A stretch of DNA of 64,000 nucleotides from Terriglobia bacterium (GCA_963664115.2 CAXWPJ010000002.1:576001-640000); one strand, 5' to 3'; numbered from the stretch's first letter, positions 28,028 through 38,309 are shown. A program made the numbers and translations. Notes: generated by a model not told the origin, from the letters alone.

Positions 28028-29491
28028 ATGAAGTTGGACCAACTGCTGGCGAACATCGACGTCCTGTCAAGATCGGGCGATGGCCAAGTGGACGTTACCG
28101 GAGTTCAATACGACTCGCGAAGGGTCGAGCCCGGTTTTGTGTTTGTCGCGGTCCGGGGTGAGCGGGTTGATGGAAACGATTTCGTAGATGCAGCTCTCGA
28201 ACGCGGTGCCGCGGCCATCGTTTCCGAGGCTGCCCCGATCGGGTCTGCGCCGTGGGTTCGGGTGCGCTCAGACCGTCGAGCGTTGGCAGCACTGGCAGCA
28301 AGTTACTTTGGACGGCCGACCGATCAACTGAAGCTGGTCGGTATCACGGGCACCAACGGGAAGACAACAACAGCCTATTTAGTCGAATCGATCGTCAGAG
28401 CGGCAGGCTATCCGGTCGCCCGTCTGGGCACGACCGATCATCGGGGGCCCGGTTTCCGGCAGGGGGCAAAGCTGACGACCCCGGAAGCGCCCGATCTTGA
28501 ACAGATGTTTCGTTCCACCGTCGATACCGGATGCGGCCATGCCGTCATGGAGGTTTCGTCTCATGCGATAGCGTTAAAGCGCGTCGAGGGCTTGTCTTTC
28601 GATGTCGTCGCGTTTACGAACTTGAGCGCGGAGCATCTGGATTTTCATGGCGGAATGGAGGACTACTTCAGTGTGAAGCAGAGATTGTTCACAGGATTGC
28701 AAGGAGTACCGCCTCCCGCGGCCGTTCTTAACAGAGATGACAGGTACTTCGAAGCGCTCAGCGAGTCGGGAAACAGCACGTGTCTGTCTTTTGGGATGAC
28801 ATCCGATGCGGACATCTTTCCGAAGGAATTCAGTTTCGGTTGGCATGGGCTCACAGCCGAATTTGAGACGCCACGCGGGGTCGTGGATCTGAAATCCGAA
28901 TTGATGGGTCGGCTGAATCTTTACAACGTAGCTGCGGCGGTGGGCATCGGAATCGCTTTAGAGTTGCCGACACTATCGATAGTCGATGGCGTCGAAGCGC
29001 TCCGGAACGTGCCCGGCCGGTTTGAGTTCGTCGATCACGGCCAGCGTTTCCGGGTCATTGTGGACTACGCGCACACCGGTGATGCTCTGCGAAAAGCCCT
29101 GACCGCAGCACGAGAGATCACAGAAGGAAAGTTGATCGTAGTTTTTGGAGCGGGCGGTGATCGCGATTCTTCCAAGCGTCGGGAGATGGGAGCGGTCGCG
29201 GCAAGCTGCAGCGATTTTGCGGTACTCACGTCGGATAACCCGCGTAGCGAAGATCCGCTTGGAATCATCGGGATGATAGCAAAAGGTTTTCCAGCTAAGG
29301 GTAAGCGATACACGTCGGTTCCGGACCGGCGCGAGGCCATACGGCTCGCAATCGGACGGGCAGAGAAACGGGACACCGTTGTTATAGCTGGAAAAGGCCA
29401 CGAAGCGTATCAGGTCGTTGGGGATGTCCAGCTGCCGTTCGACGATCGGGTTGTCGTTGGAGAGTTACTCGATGAACTTAACTCTCGGTGA
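28028..29491 (+). CDS. murE: UDP-MurNAc-tripeptide synthetase (meso-DAP type)
   Basis: GITGTNGKTT, MEVSSH, DYAH, GGDRD, SDNPR, AGKGHE. Confidence 0.97.
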   Translation: MKLDQLLANIDVLSRSGDGQVDVTGVQYDSRRVEPGFVFVAVRGERVDGNDFVDAALERGAAAIVSEAAPIGSAPWVRVRSDRRALAALAASYFGRPTDQLKLVGITGTNGKTTTAYLVESIVRAAGYPVARLGTTDHRGPGFRQGAKLTTPEAPDLEQMFRSTVDTGCGHAVMEVSSHAIALKRVEGLSFDVVAFTNLSAEHLDFHGGMEDYFSVKQRLFTGLQGVPPPAAVLNRDDRYFEALSESGNSTCLSFGMTSDADIFPKEFSFGWHGLTAEFETPRGVVDLKSELMGRLNLYNVAAAVGIGIALELPTLSIVDGVEALRNVPGRFEFVDHGQRFRVIVDYAHTGDALRKALTAAREITEGKLIVVFGAGGDRDSSKRREMGAVAASCSDFAVLTSDNPRSEDPLGIIGMIAKGFPAKGKRYTSVPDRREAIRLAIGRAEKRDTVVIAGKGHEAYQVVGDVQLPFDDRVVVGELLDELNSR

Positions 29492-30866
29492 GATATCCAC
29501 TGCCGTCGGCGGTCAGGCGGTGGAGAACGCTGAAGTCAAGGTTCGGGGCTACTCGATCGACAGTCGATCGATAAAGCCGGGAGAGTTGTTCCTTGCGATC
29601 AGCGGACCGCGATTTGATGGGCATGACTACGTTGACGAAGCTCGGCGCAAGGGAGCTGCTGGTGCGGTGGTCTCAGTCGCACGCTGTGGTGGAATAGGGA
29701 ATCTCCCCTGCATCGGGGTCGACTCTACGGTCGAAGCGTTGGGGCAACTCGCGCGAACGGTGCGGCGGCGTTGGGGACGCCGGATCATTGCGATTTCGGG
29801 CAGTGTCGGAAAGACGACGACCAAGGAAATGGTCGCGACCGTGCTTGGTGGGAGTTTTCGGATACTCCGTTCGGTTGGGAATATGAACAACGAATATGGT
29901 CTTCCACTGTGCTTGCTTCGTGCGGAACCCTACCATGACGTCGCCGTATTGGAGATGGGCATGTCGGCTCCGGGTGAGATTCGAAAGCTGGCCTCCATTG
30001 CAGAACCTAACGAAGGGGTGATTACCAATGTCAGCTCCGCCCACCTTGAGTTTTTTGATTCCGTCGACGCGATTGCCGCCGCTAAAGCCGAATTGCTCGA
30101 GGGATTGGTCGGTGAGCGGCGTGCGTATTTGAACAATGACGATTCCAGGGTCCGTTCGATGGCGCGACGTTTCGACGGGGAGATCGTCACCTACGGAGTG
30201 CGTTCGGTGGCTGCGTTTCGTGTGACCCGAATCGAGCCTCTTGGACTGGAAGGGACGGCCTTCACACTGCACCATGGTCGGCGGGACATCAACTTTGTAC
30301 TCCCCTTGCTGGGAGACCATAACGTGGCCAACGCCGCAGCCGCAATTAGTGTTGCCGTCATGCACGGCATCGAATGGGACGATATACGTCGGGCGGTGGA
30401 AGGCATGGTGCCCCAACGCATGCGCGGTAGCGTTATCCAGTTTCGTGAGGGATTTGCGCTTATCGACGACTGCTACAACTCGAGTCCCAAGGGCCTGACG
30501 GAAATGATCCGAACGCTGGCCAAGGTGCCGGGTTTTGAGCGCCGTATCCTCGTTGCCGGCGAAATGCTGGAACTGGGAGACGCGGGACAAAAATTGCACG
30601 CTGCCTGTGGCAAGGAAGCCGCCAAAGCGGGAATTGACCTCATTGTTGGAGTGCGGGGCAACGCAGAGGCGTTGATCGACGGTGCCCGAGAGGCGGGTGT
30701 CGATGAGTCCCGTTTGGTGTTCGTGCGCGATGCTGTCGAGGCCGGAGATTTTCTGACCCGCACCGTTGGAACCGGTGACCTGGTGTTGTTGAAAGCGTCT
30801 CGAGCGGTAGGCCTGGAACAGGCGATCGATACCGTCCGACTCTCGTTTACGAGTTTGGAGCCGTAA
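29472..30866 (+). CDS. murF: UDP-MurNAc-tripeptide:D-Ala-D-Ala ligase
   Basis: SIDSR, SGSVGKTTTKE, NNEYGLP, DDCYNSSP, GEMLELG, LLKASR; ATG 29472. Confidence 0.97.
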   Translation: MNLTLGEISTAVGGQAVENAEVKVRGYSIDSRSIKPGELFLAISGPRFDGHDYVDEARRKGAAGAVVSVARCGGIGNLPCIGVDSTVEALGQLARTVRRRWGRRIIAISGSVGKTTTKEMVATVLGGSFRILRSVGNMNNEYGLPLCLLRAEPYHDVAVLEMGMSAPGEIRKLASIAEPNEGVITNVSSAHLEFFDSVDAIAAAKAELLEGLVGERRAYLNNDDSRVRSMARRFDGEIVTYGVRSVAAFRVTRIEPLGLEGTAFTLHHGRRDINFVLPLLGDHNVANAAAAISVAVMHGIEWDDIRRAVEGMVPQRMRGSVIQFREGFALIDDCYNSSPKGLTEMIRTLAKVPGFERRILVAGEMLELGDAGQKLHAACGKEAAKAGIDLIVGVRGNAEALIDGAREAGVDESRLVFVRDAVEAGDFLTRTVGTGDLVLLKASRAVGLEQAIDTVRLSFTSLEP

Positions 30867-32014
30867 TGCTGTACCACCTGCTATGGGAGGGCATCTACCC
30901 TTTAAGCGAGCAGTGGTCCGCACTCAGCGTGTTGAGCGTCTTCCAGTATATTACGGTACGGACGGCTATGGCGAGTATGACGGCACTGCTGCTGAGCCTT
31001 CTGCTGGGACCATCCTTGATCGGAAGGCTTCGGAAGTTACAGATTGGACAAAACATTCGCCAGGAAGGGCCCGAATCGCATCAGTCCAAGGCCGGAACCC
31101 CGACGATGGGAGGTATTCTCATCGTCGTGGCTATCGTCGTATCGACGCTGTTGTGGACCGATTTGACGAATCCTCTCGGATGGTTGTTGGTGGGATCCAC
31201 GATCGCTTTTGGCTTGGTCGGATTTGCAGACGACTACTTGAAAGTCGTAAAGAAGCGTTCGCTTGGATTGCGGGCCCGCGCCAAGATCGGCGCACAGCTG
31301 CTGATCACCTGCACTATCGGCTGTTTCCTGATCGACCTGGCGGCCCGGGGGTTGTTCTCGACGCGGTTGACCGTGCCGTTTTTCAAAACTTTCACTCCGG
31401 ACCTCGTGCTGTCGGCGTTTGCAGGTACGCCCATGTTCTTCCTGGGCTATCTGCCGTTTCTGCTTTTTATTGGCCTCGTCGTTGTGGGGTCTTCGAACGC
31501 CGTCAACCTGACCGATGGGCTCGACGGTCTTGCGATCGGATCGGTATTAATCGCGTCCGGAGCGTTGACCGTTCTGACCTATGTCACCGGACACCTCTTG
31601 TTTTCCGAGTACCTGGACCTTCAGTACATTCCTCCTGTCGCTGAAGTGACGATCTTCTGCGGATCCATGGTTGGTGCGAGCATGGGTTTCCTCTGGTACA
31701 ACGCCCATCCGGCCGAGGTGTTCATGGGAGACGTGGGGTCTCTCGCGCTCGGGGGTGCCATCGGAACCGTTGCAGTTGTGATCCGGCAGGAGCTCCTGCT
31801 GATTCTGATCGGAGGCATCTTCGTCGTGGAAGCACTATCGGTCATGGCGCAGGTCCTGTCGTTCAAGTGGCGAGGTAAGCGTATTTTTCGGATGGCGCCT
31901 CTGCACCACCATTTCGAGTTGGGGGGATGGGCCGAATCGAAGGTCATCATCCGGTTCTGGATCGCAGCGCTGCTGTTCGCGATGTTCAGTTTGTCGACTT
32001 TGAAGCTGCGGTAG
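30866..32014 (+). CDS. mraY: Phospho-MurNAc-pentapeptide transferase
   Basis: KAGTPTMGG, DDY, NAVNLTDGLDGL, FMGDVGS, MAPLHHHFE. Confidence 0.97.
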   Translation: MLYHLLWEGIYPLSEQWSALSVLSVFQYITVRTAMASMTALLLSLLLGPSLIGRLRKLQIGQNIRQEGPESHQSKAGTPTMGGILIVVAIVVSTLLWTDLTNPLGWLLVGSTIAFGLVGFADDYLKVVKKRSLGLRARAKIGAQLLITCTIGCFLIDLAARGLFSTRLTVPFFKTFTPDLVLSAFAGTPMFFLGYLPFLLFIGLVVVGSSNAVNLTDGLDGLAIGSVLIASGALTVLTYVTGHLLFSEYLDLQYIPPVAEVTIFCGSMVGASMGFLWYNAHPAEVFMGDVGSLALGGAIGTVAVVIRQELLLILIGGIFVVEALSVMAQVLSFKWRGKRIFRMAPLHHHFELGGWAESKVIIRFWIAALLFAMFSLSTLKLR

Positions 32015-32043
32015 GGGATCGCGGCTTTTTAAAGAGGTAGCAA

Positions 32044-33375
32044 GTGGTAGTTGTTGTCGGCATGGGGCGGAGCGGCCTGGCGGTATCGGGCCTCCTTCGT
32101 TCGCACGGTCTGGAAGTGTTTGCCTCGGATGCGAACCCGGAACCGCCCCTGTTGAACGAGTTCGATCGGCTGGGGTTTCCCTCGGAAACCGGAGGACACT
32201 CGATAGAGCGATTCACTCGCGCCGAAGAAATTGTCGTGAGTCCCGGCGTTCCGCTCGATATCGACGCGCTGAGCAAAGCGCGCGTTGGGGGTGTCGGAAT
32301 CGTGAGCGAGTTAGAGGTGGCTTCGCGATACTTGCTCGGGGATGTCGTTGCCGTGACGGGTTCGAACGGCAAGACGACGACAACGTCGCTCGTGGCTGCC
32401 ATCCTTGAGCACGGTGCGCGACCGGTGCAGGTTGGAGGCAATATCGGAATTGCGGTGTCGGACCTGGTGTCTGCGTCGACCCACGAAACGATCAACGTCC
32501 TGGAAGTGAGTAGTTTTCAGTTGGATACATCCTCGCAATTCCGGCCCCGCGTGGGTGTTCTCCTGAACATCACGCCGGACCACCTCGACCGATATGCGAA
32601 TTTCGAGGCGTACCGAATGGCTAAGTTCAATGTGTTTAAGAACCAGACTGAGGAAGATTTCGCCGTTATCAATATGGATGACCCTCAATCGTTTCCATTG
32701 CCCGTTGAAATCGCCTCGCGTCAGCGTTTCTTCAGCCGGAAGGAACACTTTGATCGAGCGGCCGGTATACAGGGGGAATTTCTTTCGGTGCGTGGTCATC
32801 GTGTTATTCGGACATCCGAACTGCCATTGAGAGGCGGCCACAACCTTGAAAACGTCCTTGCATCGATTCTTGTGGCCGACGTGTATGGCATTACACCGGA
32901 ACAAACCTCTGAAGCCATCCGCGACTTCAAGGGTGTGGAACATCGGCTGGAAACGGTCGCGACGATCGCTGGAGTGGAGTTCGTGAACGACTCCAAAGCG
33001 ACGAATGTTGATTCTGCGGTCAAGGCTCTCGAAGCATTCGACGCCTTCGAGGCGAACATCATTTTGATCATTGGCGGCAGGGACAAGGAAGCGCCCTTCG
33101 AGCCCCTGGTTCAGGCGATGCACGGGCGTGTCCGGCAGGTTCTAACCTTGGGCGAAGCGGCTGAAAAACTGGAAAAGGCGGTTGGCACCAACGTTCCAAC
33201 CCGCCGGGTGGGGTCCATAGCCGAAGCTGTGAATGTGGCGATAGCCACAGGACGTGACGGCGACATCGTCCTTCTGTCTCCCGCCTGTGCCAGCTTCGAC
33301 ATGTACGCTAACTATGAAGAACGCGGCCACGACTTCAAGAACGCCGTCCGCACGCACATGAAATTGAAGACATAA
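32044..33375 (+). CDS. murD: UDP-MurNAc-L-Ala:D-Glu ligase
   Basis: VVSPGVP, VTGSNGKTTT, EVSSFQL, PDHLDRY, NDSKATN, LSPACASFD. Confidence 0.97.
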   Translation: MVVVVGMGRSGLAVSGLLRSHGLEVFASDANPEPPLLNEFDRLGFPSETGGHSIERFTRAEEIVVSPGVPLDIDALSKARVGGVGIVSELEVASRYLLGDVVAVTGSNGKTTTTSLVAAILEHGARPVQVGGNIGIAVSDLVSASTHETINVLEVSSFQLDTSSQFRPRVGVLLNITPDHLDRYANFEAYRMAKFNVFKNQTEEDFAVINMDDPQSFPLPVEIASRQRFFSRKEHFDRAAGIQGEFLSVRGHRVIRTSELPLRGGHNLENVLASILVADVYGITPEQTSEAIRDFKGVEHRLETVATIAGVEFVNDSKATNVDSAVKALEAFDAFEANIILIIGGRDKEAPFEPLVQAMHGRVRQVLTLGEAAEKLEKAVGTNVPTRRVGSIAEAVNVAIATGRDGDIVLLSPACASFDMYANYEERGHDFKNAVRTHMKLKT

Positions 33376-33410
33376 GAAATGCGAACGACACTGAAAAGGA
33401 TTGCTGCTCT

Positions 33411-33757
33411 CGGCGTGGGGGGACCGGCCCGGCGTCAGAGTTCCCGTGGGGTCGGAACAGGGAAATGTCAGTGCACCCAAACTGTTCGGTCAGTGGAGGG
33501 GACGGTGGGCCCGACGCTAATGAATGCACGGCGTGGGGGGACCGGCCCGGCGGTAGTGTTCCCGCAGAGTCGGAAGAGGGAAATGTCAGTGCACTCAAAT
33601 TGTTCGGTAAGTGGAAGGGACGGTGGGCCCGACGCTAATGAATGCACGGCGTGGGGGGACCGGCCCGGCGGTAGTGTTCCCGCAGAGTCGGAAGAGGGAA
33701 ATGTCAGTGCACTCAAATTGTTCGGTAAGTGGAACGGACGGTGGGCCCGACGCTAAT
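33411..33757. repeat. Tandem array of three 118-bp units between murD and ftsW
   Basis: Units start at 33411, 33529 and 33647 (CGGCGTGGGGGGACCGGCCCGGCG...GTGGGCCCGACGCTAAT); units 2 and 3 nearly identical, unit 1 diverged internally. Confidence 0.95.
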
Positions 33758-33762
33758 TACTA

Positions 33763-34854
33763 ATGGCCAGAAAACTAAATCCCGATTGGATCCTCTTCGT
33801 GACGACCCTGGCTCTTGTCGTCGTGGGCGTCGCGATGGTTTTCAGTTCGTCCGCTGTTCTGGCGAAGGAGTGGTACGGCGACCCGAACCACTTTTCCTTC
33901 CGTCATGTCGTTGCAGTGTTGCTGGGCCTGGTCGGCATGTTCACCTTGATGAGAGTGGACTACCATCGTTATCGGCATCCGGCGACGGTATTCTCCCTGC
34001 TGTCCGTCGTCACCGTATTGCTGGTTTTCGCCTATTTCCTGCCGGCTACAGCCAATACACACCGCTGGATCCGACTTGCAGGACTATCCTTCCAACCCGC
34101 AGAACTGGCAAAGCTTTCGATGATTGTTTTCATGGCTTACTTTCTGGAGATGCGAAGGGACAGGGTCAACGAACTGCGGTTCAGCCTGATTCCCCTGCTT
34201 GCGGTCAGCTCTCTCGTCTGTGGCTTGATCGTTCTCCAGCCCGATCTCGGGACTGCAGTTTCCATCCTTGCAGTTGCCGGGGTCATGCTGTTCGTGGCCG
34301 GCCTTAACGTCGGTTGGATGGTCGCCGCTGCTCTCATGGCTGCGCCCATGCTGTACGTACTCGTTTTTCAGGTGCCGTGGCGTCGGGCGAGACTCTTAGC
34401 CTTCAGGGATCCCTGGTCCGATCCCCTCGATACCGGGTTTCAGATTATTCAGTCGCTGATATCGGTGGGAACCGGCGGTATCGGCGGCATCGGCTACATG
34501 GAGGGACAGCAAAAGCTCTTCTATCTGCCTGAACCGCATACGGATTTCATATTTGCTGTGCTTGGCGAGGAATTCGGTTTGATTGGGACAGTCGCAGTTC
34601 TGGGCTTGTTTGGAGTCTTCATGTGGCGTGGTTTGCGAAGCGCCGCCAAGGCGCCCGACCTGTTCGGATCCTATCTCGCATTGGGAATCACGATGATGAT
34701 TGCCCTGCAGGCCTTCATCAATATGAGCGTGGTCCTGGGCCTGCTGCCGACCAAGGGAATTCCGCTTCCGTTCTTAAGCTACGGGGGCAGTTCGTTCCTG
34801 GTCATGTTGGTCAGTGTCGGAATTCTAATGAACGTTTCTCAACATGGGAATTGA
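33763..34854 (+). CDS. ftsW: Peptidoglycan polymerase FtsW
   Basis: MVFSSS, RWI...FQPAELAK, QPDLGT, LPEPHTDFIF, LPTKGIPLPFLSYGGSS. Confidence 0.97.
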   Translation: MARKLNPDWILFVTTLALVVVGVAMVFSSSAVLAKEWYGDPNHFSFRHVVAVLLGLVGMFTLMRVDYHRYRHPATVFSLLSVVTVLLVFAYFLPATANTHRWIRLAGLSFQPAELAKLSMIVFMAYFLEMRRDRVNELRFSLIPLLAVSSLVCGLIVLQPDLGTAVSILAVAGVMLFVAGLNVGWMVAAALMAAPMLYVLVFQVPWRRARLLAFRDPWSDPLDTGFQIIQSLISVGTGGIGGIGYMEGQQKLFYLPEPHTDFIFAVLGEEFGLIGTVAVLGLFGVFMWRGLRSAAKAPDLFGSYLALGITMMIALQAFINMSVVLGLLPTKGIPLPFLSYGGSSFLVMLVSVGILMNVSQHGN

Positions 34855-34963
34855 ATGGCAAGTGGAGGTCGTAGGGAAACTGAGTTCCGTGGAGCCTCTC
34901 GGAGGCTCGTATCTCTTTGTTTTTACGGGACAAAAAAAGTTCGAGCGGCCCTGATCTGTCACT

Positions 34964-36046
34964 ATGAAAGCGATAATCGCAGGAGGTGGCACGGGCGGCC
35001 ATCTGATGCCCGGAATCGCGGTGGCGCGGGAGTTGCTCCGGCGGGACCCGAGTACGCGGATACTCTTCGTCGGCGCAAAGAAAGGCATCGAGAACACGGT
35101 TGTGCCTAACGAAGGCTTCGAACTGATGACTTTGCCCATTGGTGGTTTGAAGCGTGTTGGGTGGGTCCGTGCGGTGGGAAACTTTGTTGCGATGGGTGCT
35201 GCGTTGATTCGCTCGATGGGGCTGTTGGCCCGCTTCGCCCCGGACGTGGTTGTCGGTTTGGGTGGCTACGCGTCGTTTCCGGCAGTGGGCGCGGCGATCC
35301 TTCGAGGAGTGCCGTCGGTGATTATGGAGCAGAACATTCTTCCGGGTTTAGCAAATCGTGTGTTGGGCCGCCGAGCCCGTTTCGTGGCAGTGCCCGATGA
35401 TCATGCGGCAGGTTATTTTCCAGGGCGTGCTGTCGTCACGGGGAATCCGGTCCGTCAAGCGTTTAAGGCCATCGGTCCGAAAGCGCATCAGGCCCCATTC
35501 ACGGTGCTGGTAACCGGCGGCAGCCAGGGTGCCGAAGCTATCAACTCAGCCGTTGTGGCCGCCCTGCCTCTGCTTTCGAAATGGAGGGATACATTGCGTT
35601 TCCTACATCAGACCGGGAGCCGGCAGGAAGCAGATGTGCGCCTGTCCTACCTGGAGGCGGGTTTCCAAGCCGATGTGAGCAGTTTTTTCTCGAGCTTCGA
35701 GAGTTGTTATGAGAAGGCCGATTTAATCGTTTCACGGGCAGGCAACACCTCCGTTGCCGAAATCCAGGCGGCAGGCCGGGCATCGGTGTTGATCCCCTTG
35801 GCTTATGCGACCGACGACCACCAACGGCGAAACGCTCGCGCCATGGTTGATCGCCGTGCCGCGATCATGATCGATCCTCTCGAACTGACGGGTGAAAGAC
35901 TCGCAAAGGAAATCACCTCCCTGCTCGAAGAGCCGGAGCGATTGACCCGAATTGAAGGGCGAGCGAAGGAGATGGCGGTCCTCGATGCGGAAGCACGCAT
36001 AGCGGACCTGATCGAGCGTGCAGCAAGTAGAAGTGATGGAAGATAA
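34964..36046 (+). CDS. murG: Lipid II GlcNAc transferase
   Basis: GGGTGGH, GLGGYAS, EQN..PG.AN, TGNPVR, GGSQGA, SRAG. Confidence 0.97.
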   Translation: MKAIIAGGGTGGHLMPGIAVARELLRRDPSTRILFVGAKKGIENTVVPNEGFELMTLPIGGLKRVGWVRAVGNFVAMGAALIRSMGLLARFAPDVVVGLGGYASFPAVGAAILRGVPSVIMEQNILPGLANRVLGRRARFVAVPDDHAAGYFPGRAVVTGNPVRQAFKAIGPKAHQAPFTVLVTGGSQGAEAINSAVVAALPLLSKWRDTLRFLHQTGSRQEADVRLSYLEAGFQADVSSFFSSFESCYEKADLIVSRAGNTSVAEIQAAGRASVLIPLAYATDDHQRRNARAMVDRRAAIMIDPLELTGERLAKEITSLLEEPERLTRIEGRAKEMAVLDAEARIADLIERAASRSDGR

Positions 36047-36090
36047 GAGTTGAGAGCAAAGGCGTTCCAACTTTTAACTCTCAACTCTTA
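36044..36090. repeat. Heptamer-based 13-bp inverted repeat
   Basis: TAAGAGTTGAGAG (36044-36056) / CTCTCAACTCTTA (36078-36090) between murG and murC. Confidence 0.75.
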
Positions 36091-36100
36091 ACCAGAAAAA

Positions 36101-37483
36101 ATGTTTCACCGCATCAAACATGTTCATTTTGTCGGAATCGGCGGTAGCGGTATGAGCGGTATCGCCGGGGTTCTCCTGACCTTGGGTTACAAGGTCACGG
36201 GTTCGGACGTGAAGGCGACTGCTGTGACGGATGCTCTGGTGGAATCTGGTGCCAGCATTTTTCTTTCTCACGCGGCGGGAAATGTCAGTGGGGCGCATGT
36301 TGTGGTTCGATCCTCGGCCGTGGGAACCGACAACCCGGAACTGGCTGAAGCGGAAGAGCAGAAGATCCCTATCATCTCACGTGCCGAGATGCTGGCAGAG
36401 TTGGCGCGTCTGAAGTACACGACCGCCGTTGCGGGGACGCATGGCAAGACTACAACGACGTCGATGATTGCGACAATTCTGGGCTGCGCAGGTCTGGATC
36501 CGACGTTTGTTATCGGTGGACGCTTGAATAGCCTGGGCAGCAACTCCCGCCTCGGGAGCGGAGAGTTCATCGTTCTCGAGGCCGACGAGAGCGATCGGTC
36601 CTTTCTCATGCTATCGCCGACTATCGCAGTGGTGACGAACGTGGAAGCGGATCACCTGGATAACTATCGTGATCTCGAAGACATCCAGGACGCGTTCATT
36701 TCTTTCGTCAACAAGGTTCCTTTCTACGGTGCCGTAATCCTTCCGGCCGACTGTCCGGGCGTTCGGTCCGTGGCAGATCGGGTCAAGCGACGTGTGATCA
36801 CGTTCGGAGTCTCACCGGCTGCCGATGTCACCATTACCGATTGCGTGTTTGAAAAACTCAATTCCCGGTTCGTTCTTTCATATAACGGCGGAAATCGGCA
36901 GGAATGCGCGCTTCGGGTGCCCGGAATGCACAACGTTCTGAACGCGGCCGCTGCGTTCGCGGCGGCGATGGAAATGGGTGTGGGCCCGGACACAATTGCG
37001 GATGGTCTGGAGGCCTTCGGTGGCGTTGAGCGCCGCTTCGAGATCAAGTCGTCCGGTCCAGTGACCGTAATCGATGATTACGCCCACCACCCTACGGAAG
37101 TACGCGCGGTCCTGGCCGCGGCTCGTATGGGTGGGTTCAAAAGAATCCTGGTGGGTTTCCAACCCCACCGCTACAGCCGGACCTACCATCTCTTCGATGA
37201 TTTCACGCGGTCGTTTGATGAAGCCGACGCCGTTCTCATTACCGAAATTTACCCGGCGGGAGAGGCTCCGATTGAGGGTGTGTCATCGTCCGCACTCGTG
37301 GAACGAATGAAAGCGCTGGGTTCTCGAGAGGTAAGCCACGCACCCGACCTGGAGACCATCGAGTCGTACATGAGAGAAAACGCACGCCCGGGAGACGCCA
37401 TCCTGATTCTCGGAGCCGGTAACATTACCCGCCTCGCAGATCGTCTGGCCGAGTTAGAACCTCTGAAGGTGACGCATGATTAA
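36101..37483 (+). CDS. murC: UDP-MurNAc:L-Ala ligase
   Basis: HFVGIGGSGMSG, AGTHGKTTT, EADESD, DDYAHHPTE, FQPHRYSRT. Confidence 0.97.
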   Translation: MFHRIKHVHFVGIGGSGMSGIAGVLLTLGYKVTGSDVKATAVTDALVESGASIFLSHAAGNVSGAHVVVRSSAVGTDNPELAEAEEQKIPIISRAEMLAELARLKYTTAVAGTHGKTTTTSMIATILGCAGLDPTFVIGGRLNSLGSNSRLGSGEFIVLEADESDRSFLMLSPTIAVVTNVEADHLDNYRDLEDIQDAFISFVNKVPFYGAVILPADCPGVRSVADRVKRRVITFGVSPAADVTITDCVFEKLNSRFVLSYNGGNRQECALRVPGMHNVLNAAAAFAAAMEMGVGPDTIADGLEAFGGVERRFEIKSSGPVTVIDDYAHHPTEVRAVLAAARMGGFKRILVGFQPHRYSRTYHLFDDFTRSFDEADAVLITEIYPAGEAPIEGVSSSALVERMKALGSREVSHAPDLETIESYMRENARPGDAILILGAGNITRLADRLAELEPLKVTHD

Positions 37484-38309
37484 GAAACGTATTCAGCGCT
37501 GGACCCGGCTGTTTCAATCTCAGTCTTCCAAATCAAAGGCAGGTGCGAGGTCCGGTATGAACGGCTTTCTTCGCGTTGCCGTCTGGGTCCCGGTGTTTCT
37601 GGGCCTTGGTTTTGGAATTTACGAATCCATCAGTTACGCCTACGAGACGGATCGTTTCGAAGTCCGGAGAATTTCGGTGTCCGGCCTCCATCGGGTCTCT
37701 GAGAACGAAATTCTCTCGCGCGTCGGCTACGCTTCGGGGGCAAACGTTTTGCACGTGAACCTGGAGGAGACCCGCGAAGCGATTGAAGAAATCCTCTGGG
37801 TGAGGTACGCGACGGTCCAGCGGGTATGGCCGAACGAGATTGTCATCTCCCTTGTCGAACGGCAACCGATCGCGCTGGCCCGAATCGATTCCGAAATTTT
37901 TCAGGTGGATATTGAAGGCGTCGTCCTCTCACCGGATGCGCTGACCGAGATCAATGGCCCGGTTCTCGATGGACTTCATGCGGGTGATCCCTCGGGCAAT
38001 GAAATAAAGATCAATATCTACAGAGAGATCGTAGACGCAATCGGTGAGAGTGATTTGTCCGAGGTCCACGTTGCTGAATCAGGCGAGGTGTCTGTAGTCC
38101 CGACCGACAATCCCATACTGATCGACCTGGGTTTGACCAGTTATCGTGATCGTTGGGAGAAGTACGTCGGTCTGAGCGTGCGAATTCACGAAGACTACCC
38201 TGACGCTTTCCGTGTAGACCTGCGCTTTCGAGATCAGGTCATCATTCAAACCAAAGAGAGTGAGCCGGCTGGGAACATCATATGGGGCGAAGAGACAAAA
38301 CTATTGTAG
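37476..38309 (+). CDS. ftsQ: Cell division protein FtsQ/DivIB
   Basis: Single TM, POTRA-like segment (WVRYATVQRVWPNEI...ERQP), VDLRF; position before ftsA. Confidence 0.88.
   Translation: MIKKRIQRWTRLFQSQSSKSKAGARSGMNGFLRVAVWVPVFLGLGFGIYESISYAYETDRFEVRRISVSGLHRVSENEILSRVGYASGANVLHVNLEETREAIEEILWVRYATVQRVWPNEIVISLVERQPIALARIDSEIFQVDIEGVVLSPDALTEINGPVLDGLHAGDPSGNEIKINIYREIVDAIGESDLSEVHVAESGEVSVVPTDNPILIDLGLTSYRDRWEKYVGLSVRIHEDYPDAFRVDLRFRDQVIIQTKESEPAGNIIWGEETKLL

Noticed and set aside
29673-30923. 416-aa antisense ORF over murF
   Set aside because: Shadow of a conserved gene; no motif or start signal
32015-32060. Possible frameshift at the murD N-terminus
   Set aside because: GTG at 32044 has an SD-like GAGG and keeps the complete Gly-rich motif; only a few non-essential residues are missing
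33335-33756. Short ORFs (82-125 aa) across the 118-bp array
   Set aside because: The unit is not a multiple of 3, and ORFs appear on both strands with no protein-like features
33411-33757. 118-bp array as a CRISPR array or 5S rRNA copies
   Set aside because: Whole units are duplicated with no unique spacers and no cas genes; no recognisable 5S rRNA conserved motifs despite the similar length
36101-38309. Absence of murB and ddl between murC and ftsQ
   Set aside because: These genes are frequently outside the dcw cluster; not informative without the rest of the genome
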